Positions 9,549-20,046 of a DNA stretch of 64,000 nt are shown here, piece after piece. The notes below the pieces were generated by a model. That model did no database searches. It saw only the letters and a program-made list of their open reading frames with translations, and had not been told where the DNA came from. Source of the DNA: a virus; the IMG/VR virus record IMGVR_UViG_3300032291_003663, positions 1 through 64,000 of that record. The stretch is one strand, 5' to 3'. The stretch's first letter is position 1. Each line of letters begins with the position of its first letter. Both the position numbers and the translations under genes were made by a program.

Positions 9549-10109
9549 ATGAAAAAACAATATATTACTAGAAAAGGTAACTTCGATTCTGGTCATAGAG
9601 TTATGAATGAAAGTATGAAATGTTTTAATATTCATGGTCATACCTATCTATACGAGTTAGAATTTGAATTTAATGAAATGGAAGAAATTGGTTATGCTAT
9701 TGATTTTAAAGAAATTAAACGCATAGGATGTCAATGGATTGATGATATTTTAGATCATGGAATGATATTAAATCCCCAAGATACACTATTGATTGAAACA
9801 ACAAAATCATACGGTTCTAAATTATGGCTGATGAGTCTAAATGGGGAAGGTAATTACTGCAACCCATCAGTAGAAAATATAGCTAAAGAAATATTCTTAG
9901 CAATGGATGTATTATTTCATTCCTACAAAAATATAGGCGTCCACAAAATAACGATCTACGAAACTCCAAACTGTTACACTACATGCATCTTAGAATCTCT
10001 ATCAGATAAGGAAAAAATGAACTGGAGTAAAGTAAGATTTAATGAAGTAAAACAATATGCTGATGCAAAAGGTATATTAGAATACGATGATAGAAAAATA
10101 AAAAAATAA
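9549..10109 (+). CDS. queD: 6-carboxy-5,6,7,8-tetrahydropterin synthase (QueD/PTPS)
   Basis: FDSGHR, CFNIHGHTY, IDF, LDH, NPSVENIA, YETPN. Confidence 0.9.
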   Translation: MKKQYITRKGNFDSGHRVMNESMKCFNIHGHTYLYELEFEFNEMEEIGYAIDFKEIKRIGCQWIDDILDHGMILNPQDTLLIETTKSYGSKLWLMSLNGEGNYCNPSVENIAKEIFLAMDVLFHSYKNIGVHKITIYETPNCYTTCILESLSDKEKMNWSKVRFNEVKQYADAKGILEYDDRKIKK

Positions 10110-10113
10110 AGTT

Positions 10114-10650
10114 ATGTTAAATGCAAAACAAATAGTAGATGAAGGTTTACTCTTTCTAGAACACACAAAAGGCAAACCAGCACAAGTTGGGTACGATTTA
10201 TCTCTCAAAGCCGTACAAAAAGTTGGTAACAAAATTGGTGGTGGAGTTTATAACCTATCTAGAGGTGGTGTAATCGGTAAAATATTAAAAGATAAAACTG
10301 AACTTACTACGTATACCCCAATTGATCCTATCAACTTAGATGGAGATAGAGGATGGTTACTACATGAAGGTGTATATGATATTACCTTTAATGAAGGATG
10401 TAATATACCTGATAATAGAGTAGCGTTTATTAAGCAACGCTCATCATTATACCGTAATGGTGCTATAATTAATAGTCCTGTATTTGATCCCGGCTTTAAA
10501 ACCGAATTTATGGGCACATTATTATATGTACATGAAACAATATTCATTGAACAAGATGCTAGAGTAGCACAAATTTATTTTCATGAGTGTGTTTCTGCTG
10601 AAAAATATGATGGACAGTGGCAAGGAGATAAGCAAAGAGGTTCGCTCTAA
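10114..10650 (+). CDS. Trimeric dUTPase / dCTP deaminase family protein
   Basis: GYDLSL, RSSLYRNG, FDPGF, RVAQIYF, YDGQWQG. Confidence 0.85.
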   Translation: MLNAKQIVDEGLLFLEHTKGKPAQVGYDLSLKAVQKVGNKIGGGVYNLSRGGVIGKILKDKTELTTYTPIDPINLDGDRGWLLHEGVYDITFNEGCNIPDNRVAFIKQRSSLYRNGAIINSPVFDPGFKTEFMGTLLYVHETIFIEQDARVAQIYFHECVSAEKYDGQWQGDKQRGSL

Positions 10651-10689
10651 TATATATGTATAGCAAATAAATTAGTTATATAAATCGTT

Positions 10690-11973
10690 ATGTCAAGGAA
10701 AAAATCTTCAAAAGATACAATATTTGTACAAATAGCCTCTTATAGGGATCCTGAATTATTACCTACTATTAAAGACATGTTAGCTAATGCTAAATGGCCT
10801 GAAAATTTAAGAGTATGTATTGCTTGGCAACATGCCGATGACGATACATGGGATAATTTAGATGAATATAAAGAAGATCCACGCTTTAAAATAATGGATA
10901 TCCATTATAAAGATGCTAAAGGTGTTTGTTGGGCTAGAAATAGACTGCAAAGACAATATAGCGGCGAAACTTATACTCTACAGTTGGATTCTCATCACCG
11001 ATTTTCTAAAGATTGGGATGAAACTTTAATCAATATGTTAAAGGATCTTCAAGCAAAAGGTCATAAAAAACCACTACTAACAGCTTATTTACCTGGATAT
11101 TTTCCAAACAATGATCCACAAGGTAGAAATATAGAAGTTTGGCATACTAATTACGATAGATTTATGCCTGAAGGTCCTATATTCATAGTTCCTTGCTATA
11201 TAGAAAATTGGCAAAAATTAACTGAACCTATTCCTGCAAGATTTTATTCGGGGCATTTTGGATTTACCTTAGGACAGTTTACTTACGAGGTACCTCATGA
11301 TCCTGATTTGTATTTTCATGGAGAAGAAACATCAATATCTGCTAGAGCATATACTAATGGATATGATTTATTTCATCCACATAAACCTGTTATCTGGCAT
11401 GAATATACTAGAGAAGGAAAAACACGTCATTGGGATGATCATCAATTTTCTCCTTTAGATAAACTTTCATTTAAAAAATATAGAGCATTATTCGGTATAG
11501 ATGATGAGAGTAGAGAAGAATTTGATTTTGTGGGTGTTGATTTAGGAAAAGAACGTACATTAGCTGATTTTGAAAAATATATTGGTGTAGATTTTAAAGG
11601 TAAAAGAGTACAAAGACATACTCTAGATCAACAATTACTTCCTATGTTTTATAAAGATGAAAAAACATGGGAAAAAGGATTTGTAAAAAAATTCAAATAC
11701 TGTATTGATGTTTATAAAGGTTCTGTAACGGAAACAGATTATGATTGTTGGGTAGTAGCCTTTAAAGATAAAAATGGAACTGAAATACTTAGAGCAGATG
11801 CGGATGCTCATGAAATTATAAGAATAAAATCAGGCTCTACAGATCATGATCAATTTTACCATATTTGGAGAGAATTTGAATGTGATGAAACACCAGATAG
11901 TTGGTTATTGTGGCCACATAGTATATCTAAAGAATGGAATCATGAAATTATTGAAAATAAAATACCTAGATAA
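10690..11973 (+). CDS. GT60/Gnt1-like GlcNAc-transferase, copy 1
   Basis: TIFVQIASYRDPEL, GVCWAR, LQLDSHHRF, FHGEE, YTNGYD, GKERTLADF. Confidence 0.85.
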   Translation: MSRKKSSKDTIFVQIASYRDPELLPTIKDMLANAKWPENLRVCIAWQHADDDTWDNLDEYKEDPRFKIMDIHYKDAKGVCWARNRLQRQYSGETYTLQLDSHHRFSKDWDETLINMLKDLQAKGHKKPLLTAYLPGYFPNNDPQGRNIEVWHTNYDRFMPEGPIFIVPCYIENWQKLTEPIPARFYSGHFGFTLGQFTYEVPHDPDLYFHGEETSISARAYTNGYDLFHPHKPVIWHEYTREGKTRHWDDHQFSPLDKLSFKKYRALFGIDDESREEFDFVGVDLGKERTLADFEKYIGVDFKGKRVQRHTLDQQLLPMFYKDEKTWEKGFVKKFKYCIDVYKGSVTETDYDCWVVAFKDKNGTEILRADADAHEIIRIKSGSTDHDQFYHIWREFECDETPDSWLLWPHSISKEWNHEIIENKIPR

Positions 11974-13268
11974 TGAAAAAAGTACGCCTAAAAAAAATAT
12001 TCATCCATCTACCAGCATACAGAGAACCCGAATTAGTTCCTACAATTAAATCGGCCTTAGAGAATGCTACACATCCTGATAGATTAGTATTTGGTATTTG
12101 TAGACAATTTAACCCTGAAGATGGATTTGATAATGTAGATGAATTTAGAAATGATTCTCGTTTTAGAATAATGGATATTCATTACACACAAGCTAAAGGA
12201 TTACCATACGCTCGCTACCAGATTAATACAATGTTACAAGATGAAGAATATATCTGTCAACTTGACTCACATCATAGATTTGCTGAGGGTTGGGATGTAA
12301 CATTGATTGAAATGCATGATCAATTAAAGGATAAAGGCGTTAAAAAACCGATATTAGCAGCATACTTACCATATTATAATCCATTTGATGATCCGGCTGG
12401 AAGAACGATGGAACCTTGGCAACAAACATTTGCATGTTTTTATCCTCATGGTACTATATTCATTAGACCTTCATTATTACATGGATGGCAAGATATGACT
12501 GAACCACCTCCATCAAGATTTCTATCAGGACATTTTTGCTTCGCTGATGGACATTGGGCTAAAACAGTATTGCATGATCCCGATATCTATTTTAGTGGTG
12601 AAGAATTAAATTTAACTGTTCGTTCATATACTCACGGGTATGATTTATTTCACCCACATAAATTAGTTATATGGCATGCCACAATGCGTGAAGAAAGAGA
12701 TGGTATATTAGTATGGGATGATCAACATAAACGAGGTGAAGATTGGTGGACTCAACAAAATATTGCTCGCTCTAAAATTAGACAACTATTAGGTACTGAA
12801 GATAATGGATTTGACTTAACAGGATTTGATTTGGGAACTGAACGTACATTACGTGATTACGAAAAATATGCTGGTATACACTTTGGAAAAAGATCAGTAC
12901 AACGCTTTACGTATGATAATAATTATCCTCCTAATCCGGTAATTGAAGATGAAAAAGAATGGGAAGATTCATTTATGTTTTCTTTCTACCATTGTATACA
13001 ACTTAATAAGAGTCATTTTAAACATGATGACTATGATTTCTGGGTTTGTGCTTTTGATGATGAAGATGGAAAAGAAATATGGAGAGAAGATTACCAAGAA
13101 CACCAGATTAAAAATATACTAGCATCTGATGGAGAATGGTACAATGAAGAAAAATTCTTCTTAATAGATAAAATACCGGCACGTTGGGTTATATGGGCAC
13201 ATAGTAAATCTCAAGGATGGGCTGAAAGAATTGAAGAACAAACCAACTATAATTATAAAATACAGTAA
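11973..13268 (+). CDS. GT60/Gnt1-like GlcNAc-transferase, copy 2
   Basis: IFIHLPAYREPEL, GLPYAR, QLDSHHRF, FSGEE, YTHGYD, GTERTLRDY; paralog of 10690. Confidence 0.85.
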   Translation: MKKVRLKKIFIHLPAYREPELVPTIKSALENATHPDRLVFGICRQFNPEDGFDNVDEFRNDSRFRIMDIHYTQAKGLPYARYQINTMLQDEEYICQLDSHHRFAEGWDVTLIEMHDQLKDKGVKKPILAAYLPYYNPFDDPAGRTMEPWQQTFACFYPHGTIFIRPSLLHGWQDMTEPPPSRFLSGHFCFADGHWAKTVLHDPDIYFSGEELNLTVRSYTHGYDLFHPHKLVIWHATMREERDGILVWDDQHKRGEDWWTQQNIARSKIRQLLGTEDNGFDLTGFDLGTERTLRDYEKYAGIHFGKRSVQRFTYDNNYPPNPVIEDEKEWEDSFMFSFYHCIQLNKSHFKHDDYDFWVCAFDDEDGKEIWREDYQEHQIKNILASDGEWYNEEKFFLIDKIPARWVIWAHSKSQGWAERIEEQTNYNYKIQ

Positions 13269-14213
13269 ATGAATTTAATATTTGAATATGCTTTTGATGG
13301 AGGAGGGAATCAGGGGTTTAGATATGTTTTTGATAGCATATATGAAACTATAAAAATTCATTACCCTGAGGTGAATTTATCTAGAGTACATACAAGAGAA
13401 CTCTATAAAGAATGTGACAGTCCTTGTGGTAGATGTGGTATATCAACATTAAAAATAATTAATGCTGATAATGATAAAACAACCGTGCTTAATTTCTGGG
13501 ATAGAGGAGTAGAAGTTATGATGCATGATTTTGGTTGGCAAACTCTTAATGTAGTTCATGTTATTGGAGGTTTAGGTATTTACTTAACAGTTGAGGAAAT
13601 TAAAGAAAAATATAATGTTAAATTTGATCCCTTTTTATATCCATTAGAACAACTAACATCATATGATTATATCCAACAATATAGAAAACCATATGTACTA
13701 GATGAAAAAATAAAAAAAGCATGTTTTATAGGTTGGGTTTACGATTCTAGAAAGCAAATAACAGATATACTTCAAAAACATCCTTTATTTGATATCTATG
13801 ACACTAATGCTGGATTAAGAGGAGAAAACTACTATGAAAAAATGAGCCAATATGCTATGACTTTATCTCTTAATGGTAACGGAGAGTGGTGTTTAAGAGA
13901 TGTAGAATCAATGGGGTTAGGAATCCCAACACTACGATCAGAAATGAAAACACCATTTTATAAAGGATTACTTCCTGGAATAAACTATATAAAAGGCACT
14001 GAACCTTCAGAAAATGCTTTCATGACATACTACGGTATACCATTTAAAGAAACAGCGGATAGATTTATAGAAGCGGCTGAAAGAACAATTAGTAACGAAG
14101 ATTTATTAAATTCTATATCTAAAAACAATTTAGAATATTATGACAATTATCTACATCTCGATAATATAGTAAAAGAATTTTTTAATGTTTTTGATTTAGA
14201 AATTTTAAAATAA
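13269..14213 (+). CDS. Putative GT-B glycosyltransferase
   Basis: C-terminal CFIG...R...YYEKM...LSLNGNG..CLRDVESMGLGIP. Confidence 0.6.
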   Translation: MNLIFEYAFDGGGNQGFRYVFDSIYETIKIHYPEVNLSRVHTRELYKECDSPCGRCGISTLKIINADNDKTTVLNFWDRGVEVMMHDFGWQTLNVVHVIGGLGIYLTVEEIKEKYNVKFDPFLYPLEQLTSYDYIQQYRKPYVLDEKIKKACFIGWVYDSRKQITDILQKHPLFDIYDTNAGLRGENYYEKMSQYAMTLSLNGNGEWCLRDVESMGLGIPTLRSEMKTPFYKGLLPGINYIKGTEPSENAFMTYYGIPFKETADRFIEAAERTISNEDLLNSISKNNLEYYDNYLHLDNIVKEFFNVFDLEILK

Positions 14214-14219
14214 CAAACA

Positions 14220-15263
14220 ATGGATAAACCAATTATTTCTCTTTGGGGATTCGGCCCTTCATACCGTAAAAGAATTAAACTTAACATTTTAGAAGCCATT
14301 AATTCGGGGTATGATGGTATTATGGATTATGTTATTTTAACAGATTATCCTGAAGATTTTACTGAGTTTGCAGAACAAACTGGTAAAATTAAAGCTATTA
14401 TTGATATTAAGGAAGCTAGAAAAGATTACCCTTGGTCTGAGGAATTAGAATGTATTCCTTCTACAATAATTGATGAAAAGGAATATGCAAAACAATATCT
14501 TAATAATTTACATCAAGATAAACTTTTCTCATATAGTCTTCATAGATTTTCATTTCCAACAATTTCTAAATTAGGATACAATAAAATTGTATTCATGGAT
14601 GGGGATGTAAAAATTAAATATGAAAAAATAGTAGACGGTACTATAAGCGAAGAAGACTTCTGGGCAGAATTTAATACTCCTGTAAATACAATGAAGGGTA
14701 TTGTAGCTGAAAAAGTTCATATTGAACGTATTACTTCTAATTTTAAATGGGCTAGAGCTATGGGCTCTGACCAGTCAGCATATTCTTTACAGTTGAGCTC
14801 TATTATTATCAACGAATTAAATAAAAAGTATGGTACAAATAAATTTCCACTAGTTACTGAACTTAACATTACTGAAGGTCCTTTTAGATATTATCATTTA
14901 GAATCTCCTGAAAAAGTACAAGAAGTATTCGATATATGGAATGAATGTATTAATATGATATGGTCTAATAATTTCTTTAAAAATTGTCAACGATGTGGGG
15001 GGTATATGCTATGTGACTATATGCCTGTAGGTATAGCTAATTTATATTGTGGGGTAAACGTACTAAATTTCCCAAATGTAATATTTAATATTCACATTCA
15101 TTATGAAGACAGATATTTTCTCCCAATAGCAGGAGCACCAGGACTCGGAACTCCATTTGTTGCTAGTAATACTCAAGAGGAATTTATGGAAAATAATAAA
15201 GAATTAAAGAAAGTATTAGAAGAAAGAAACGCATGGCCACATCAAGAACCTAACTATCAATAA
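14220..15263 (+). CDS. Putative GT-A glycosyltransferase
   Basis: YVILTD, IVFMDGD; operon context. Confidence 0.5.
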   Translation: MDKPIISLWGFGPSYRKRIKLNILEAINSGYDGIMDYVILTDYPEDFTEFAEQTGKIKAIIDIKEARKDYPWSEELECIPSTIIDEKEYAKQYLNNLHQDKLFSYSLHRFSFPTISKLGYNKIVFMDGDVKIKYEKIVDGTISEEDFWAEFNTPVNTMKGIVAEKVHIERITSNFKWARAMGSDQSAYSLQLSSIIINELNKKYGTNKFPLVTELNITEGPFRYYHLESPEKVQEVFDIWNECINMIWSNNFFKNCQRCGGYMLCDYMPVGIANLYCGVNVLNFPNVIFNIHIHYEDRYFLPIAGAPGLGTPFVASNTQEEFMENNKELKKVLEERNAWPHQEPNYQ

Positions 15264-15275
15264 TAAAATAAAAAA

Positions 15276-16907
15276 ATGGCAAATATAGGCTACTACGGAT
15301 CACATAATGCCGCGATCGCTGTAGAAGAAAACGGCAAAATACTAACAGTAATAGAAATAGAAAGATTTTTAGGGTATAAAAATATAGGGGTAGCTCAATA
15401 TAAAACTCCTAAACATAAAAATGCTAGAGACTTTACTCAAATAGTTACAGATGTACTTGATTTTATAAAAAAAGAACACAATATTAGTCATTTTGATAAT
15501 TGTATCTTTACTAGTACAGATGTAGTTATAGGAAATACATTATATCAAACTCATGAAGTTATCAAAGCTAATAATTATATAAGTTATACTCACCATTTAA
15601 CTCATGCTGCTGGTGCTTTTTACCAATCACCTTATAAAGAAGCAATTGTATTTTCATTTGATGGAGGAGGAAATGATGGTAAATTTAATATATATCACTG
15701 TTTAAGAGGCCAAGAACCAGCATTGCTAGAACATATTACTAATCCTATTTTAGGTAGTCCTCATATTGGATATGATTTAGGATTTCCATATATGTTAATA
15801 GGTCATTACTTAAATGATATTGATTTTGAAGGATTAAGTGAAGGAAATTTAGTATATTCCGGTAAAATAATGGGTCTAGTTTCTTATGGTGAAGTAAGAG
15901 AAGAATGGTTAGATGATTTTATTGAGTTTTATAAAAATGACCCCAATGGAAACAATTATCAAGAAATAATAGATAAATTAGGTGAAAAAATAGGTATTAA
16001 ATTTGATACTAATAATAGATTAAAAGAAAAAATAGCATATGATGTAGCTGCTACTTCTCAAAGAGCATTTGAAGAATGTTTCTTAGAAATAGCCAAGCCA
16101 TATTTTGATTTATTTCCCGATATGCCTATTTGTATTACCGGAGGATGTGGTTTGAATATTTTACTAAATACTAGATTAGTAAATGAATTTAATAAAGAAT
16201 TATTTGTAGGTCCTGTACCTAATGATTGCGGGCTAGCAGTAGGATTATTAGCTAATTTTGTAAAACCTGAAGAACCATTTGATGTAACGTATGCTGGTTT
16301 ACCTTTATTAGATAGAAATATGTTTCAATATTATTTTAATCATTCAACTTGGTGGAAAGATGAATTAGATATGAAAGAAGTAATTAAGGATTTAGTTGAA
16401 GGTAAAATTATCGGTGTGGTAAGAGATAAAAGTGAACATGGTCCTCGAGCATTAGGAAACCGAAGTATAATATGTAACCCTTCCCTTCCTGAAATGAAGG
16501 ATATACTGAATGCTAAAGTAAAACATAGAGAATGGTATAGACCCTTTGCTCCGGTTGTACGTTTAGAAGATGTAAATAAGTATTTTGAATGGGATAGGGA
16601 ATCAAGATGGATGTCATATGCTCCTATAGTTAGAAAAAAATGGAGAAAAAAATTAGCAGCAATTACACATGTTGATAATACGGCTCGTGTTCAAACTGTA
16701 ACTAGAGAACAAAATCCTTGGTTGTATGATCTTATTACAAAATTTGAGGAAACGACAGGAATAGGTGTTATATTGAATACATCTTTTAACGTTAATAGAA
16801 TGCCAATATTAACAACATTAAAAGATGCCTTTACAGTATTTGAACAAACAGAAATGGATAGATTAATTATAGAAGACAATTACATTAAAAAATATTTAAC
16901 TTTATAA
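15276..16907 (+). CDS. Carbamoyltransferase (NodU/CmcH family)
   Basis: HHLTHAAGAF, FDGGG, GKIMGL, GGCGLN, EHGPRALGNRS, KHREWYRPFAP, HVDNTARVQT, LNTSFN. Confidence 0.93.
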   Translation: MANIGYYGSHNAAIAVEENGKILTVIEIERFLGYKNIGVAQYKTPKHKNARDFTQIVTDVLDFIKKEHNISHFDNCIFTSTDVVIGNTLYQTHEVIKANNYISYTHHLTHAAGAFYQSPYKEAIVFSFDGGGNDGKFNIYHCLRGQEPALLEHITNPILGSPHIGYDLGFPYMLIGHYLNDIDFEGLSEGNLVYSGKIMGLVSYGEVREEWLDDFIEFYKNDPNGNNYQEIIDKLGEKIGIKFDTNNRLKEKIAYDVAATSQRAFEECFLEIAKPYFDLFPDMPICITGGCGLNILLNTRLVNEFNKELFVGPVPNDCGLAVGLLANFVKPEEPFDVTYAGLPLLDRNMFQYYFNHSTWWKDELDMKEVIKDLVEGKIIGVVRDKSEHGPRALGNRSIICNPSLPEMKDILNAKVKHREWYRPFAPVVRLEDVNKYFEWDRESRWMSYAPIVRKKWRKKLAAITHVDNTARVQTVTREQNPWLYDLITKFEETTGIGVILNTSFNVNRMPILTTLKDAFTVFEQTEMDRLIIEDNYIKKYLTL

Positions 16908-16918
16908 AATAAAAAAAT

Positions 16919-19900
16919 ATGGATTTAACTTTTTACATTGAAAAGTATGGTTCTGATAAAAGAGCAAGCCGATACACCCTTATATACCATCCCTTACTTA
17001 ATCATCTAAGAGATACTACTAATGCCGTTTTAGAAATTGGAGTAGGAACATATCAACCTGAAATACCAAGTACATTTGTTGGTAATGCTCATTTATATCC
17101 CCATTATACTCCCGGTGGATCATTAAGAGCTTGGAGAGATTATTTCCCTAATGCTAATGTGTACGGAGTAGATATAGCAGAAGATTGTAGACTTGAAGAA
17201 GATAGAATTAAAACATTCATTTTTAGTTCATTAGACAATGAAAAATGTGATAGCTTACTTCCAAATTTTCAATTTGATCTTATTGTAGATGATGGTCTCC
17301 ATACTGCTTTAGCACAAATAACAACATTAAAAAATCTATTTAAACGAGTTAAAGCTAATGGATATTATATTATTGAAGATGTTGGTGGTGGGGGTGATGG
17401 TGTTGATATAATAGAAGTATATAATAATGATCTTAAACAGATTATAGAGGGTCATGAATATCATCATGCTGGAAATGCTATTTTTATTAGAAAAAATTAT
17501 AGCGGAGCAGGAGAAATATCCTCATATGCTGAGTTTTTAGAAAGAAATTCACCTATGCCTTACGAAGAAGCTTTAATTCCTATGGAAACACCAGCTCCTG
17601 CTCCTGTTGTTCTTCCTAATACAAATTTAAAAGAAATATTTCAAGATGTTTATACAAATTGGAGATTTGGAGGATGGCCTGAAAGTAAAAGTGGTGGAGG
17701 TAGCACCATGGAAGAAACAGAAATAATTAGACAACAGATTAAACAATTAGTTAAAGATAAAGAAATTAAATCTGTAGTTGATGTTCCGTGTGGTGACTTT
17801 AATTGGATGAAAGATATAGTATATAGTTTTGAAAGCTATACTGGTTGCGATATTGTCCCTGGACTTATAGCAGACAATCAAAAATATGCAAATCAAATAA
17901 TCAAATTCCAGGAACTTGATTTAACACAAGGCAACATACCAGAGGCTGATTTGTTAATAGTAAGAGACGTTATAGGACATCTTACGTTAAATGATGGAAA
18001 AAAAATAGTAGAAAATATTTTAAAATCAAAATGTAAGTATCTTTTAACAACAACATGGTATAGTTTAGAAGATGAAAAGTATTATGAAAAACATACTAAT
18101 TTTGATCGTGAAGTAACTTTAGATAGACAATGGGAAGCAGGAGCGGCACAGTTTTATCCTGTATGCTTACATAGTACTCCTTTTAATTTTCCTAAACCTG
18201 AGTTTTATATTGAAGAAAAACCTAAGGTAGACGGATATGAAAATGGAGTAAGAAAAGGATTAGCATTCTATGAAATAAGTAAATTAAGAGAACAAACCAA
18301 ACTCTCGGCATCAATTCCCGAAATTGAAGCAACTGAAGATCTAACATTAGTAACAGGATTATGGAACATAAATAGACCAGGTAGAGATTTTAATCATTAT
18401 ATTGAAAATTTTAAAAAATTCCTAGACATACCTGTAAAAATGTTCATATACATTCCCGCTGAGTATGAATACTTAGTATGGGAAAAACGTTCTAGAAAAA
18501 ATACATATGTTAAAATATTTGAACTAGATGATATTAAAAATAATTACTATTCTCCATTTTGGGACGCAACTCAAAAGATAAGAACCAACCCTGAATGGTA
18601 TAACCAAGCAGGATGGCTTCCTGGTAGCCCTCAAGCATCTAATGAATGGTATAATCCAATTGTACAATCTAAAATGTTTATGTTGCATGATGCTAAAATA
18701 ATGAATGTATTTGATACTGATTATTTCCTATGGTTGGATGCTGGTATTACAAATACAGTATATGAAAAATACTTTACAGAACATAAATGCCTAGATAAAA
18801 TAATTCCATATCTAAAAACATTCTTATTTGTAAGTTACCCATACCAGGCAAATAATGAAATACATGGGTTTGATTTTAAAACAATTAATAGATATGCTCG
18901 TGAAGAAGTAAAAAATATTTGTAGAGGTGGATTATTTGGTGGACATAAAGATTATATTAGTGAAGCTAGTTCAACATATTATGCTTTATTACAAGATACT
19001 TTAAATACGGGCTATATGGGTACGGAAGAGAGTCTCTTTAGTATTATGGCTTATTTAGAACCTCACATTTATAGACGTTATGCTTTAGAAGATAATGGCT
19101 TAATAGTAAAATTCACACAAGCTTTATTAGATGATCAAGTACAATTAGAAAATAATGGTAATCGTGCTCATGTTTTACCTAAAGGCACGTACAATGAATC
19201 AACAGATAAAACATCATTATATATGCTTACCTTTAATTTTCCTGAACAGATTGAACATACACTAGCTACATGGCAGGCAAATTCACCTGATTGGTTAAAT
19301 AAACCATCCCAAAAAATATTAATTGATAATTCTACAGATCCACAAGCTAGAATTGGTAACAAAGCAATAGCAGATAAATATGGGTTTGAACATATTATAA
19401 TGCATGAGAATAAAGGTATTAATGGTGGGAGATTATTTGCTGCTGAACACTTTGACAAATCAGATAGTGACTATTATTTCTTCTTTGAAGATGATATGGG
19501 ATTTTATCCATCAACTGAAACAGAACTTTGTAGAAATGGATTTAGAAAATATGTCCCTAATCTATATAAGGCAGTCCATGAAATAATGGCTAGAGAAGAT
19601 CTTGACTTTTTAAAACTATCATATACTGAAGTGTACATGGACAATAATATTCAGGTATCATGGTATAATGTTCCTCAAAGTGTAAGAAGTTATACATGGC
19701 CTGATTATGATCAACTCCCAATTAATGGATTAGATCCTTATGCTCCTAGAACTAAATTTGATAAAATAGAAGTACATAATGGATTATCTTACATAACAGG
19801 AGAAATATATTATGCAAACTGGCCTATGATTGTAAATAAAAAGGGTAACTATAAAATGTTCCTCGAAACAAAATGGGATAACCCATTTGAACAAACATGG

Positions 19901-20020
19901 ATGTCATATATGTTCCAAGAATCAATGAAAAACAATATTAAACCAGCAGTACTGCTAGCAGCACCTGTTTGGCATAATAGAATAGCCTATTATAAACCAG
20001 AAGAAAGACGTGAGAACTAA
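16919..20020 (+). CDS. Four-domain fusion: methyltransferase + methyltransferase + HtrL/WlaTC-like glycosyltransferase + GT-A domain
   Basis: VLEIGVG/GGSLRAW/IVDDGLH; SGGGS/VVDVPCGDFNW; TLVTGLW/WLDAG/GGLFGG/GTEE; YFFFEDDM. Confidence 0.75.
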   Translation: MDLTFYIEKYGSDKRASRYTLIYHPLLNHLRDTTNAVLEIGVGTYQPEIPSTFVGNAHLYPHYTPGGSLRAWRDYFPNANVYGVDIAEDCRLEEDRIKTFIFSSLDNEKCDSLLPNFQFDLIVDDGLHTALAQITTLKNLFKRVKANGYYIIEDVGGGGDGVDIIEVYNNDLKQIIEGHEYHHAGNAIFIRKNYSGAGEISSYAEFLERNSPMPYEEALIPMETPAPAPVVLPNTNLKEIFQDVYTNWRFGGWPESKSGGGSTMEETEIIRQQIKQLVKDKEIKSVVDVPCGDFNWMKDIVYSFESYTGCDIVPGLIADNQKYANQIIKFQELDLTQGNIPEADLLIVRDVIGHLTLNDGKKIVENILKSKCKYLLTTTWYSLEDEKYYEKHTNFDREVTLDRQWEAGAAQFYPVCLHSTPFNFPKPEFYIEEKPKVDGYENGVRKGLAFYEISKLREQTKLSASIPEIEATEDLTLVTGLWNINRPGRDFNHYIENFKKFLDIPVKMFIYIPAEYEYLVWEKRSRKNTYVKIFELDDIKNNYYSPFWDATQKIRTNPEWYNQAGWLPGSPQASNEWYNPIVQSKMFMLHDAKIMNVFDTDYFLWLDAGITNTVYEKYFTEHKCLDKIIPYLKTFLFVSYPYQANNEIHGFDFKTINRYAREEVKNICRGGLFGGHKDYISEASSTYYALLQDTLNTGYMGTEESLFSIMAYLEPHIYRRYALEDNGLIVKFTQALLDDQVQLENNGNRAHVLPKGTYNESTDKTSLYMLTFNFPEQIEHTLATWQANSPDWLNKPSQKILIDNSTDPQARIGNKAIADKYGFEHIIMHENKGINGGRLFAAEHFDKSDSDYYFFFEDDMGFYPSTETELCRNGFRKYVPNLYKAVHEIMAREDLDFLKLSYTEVYMDNNIQVSWYNVPQSVRSYTWPDYDQLPINGLDPYAPRTKFDKIEVHNGLSYITGEIYYANWPMIVNKKGNYKMFLETKWDNPFEQTWMSYMFQESMKNNIKPAVLLAAPVWHNRIAYYKPEERREN

Positions 20021-20046
20021 ATTCTTATTCGTATATTTAAAAGGTT

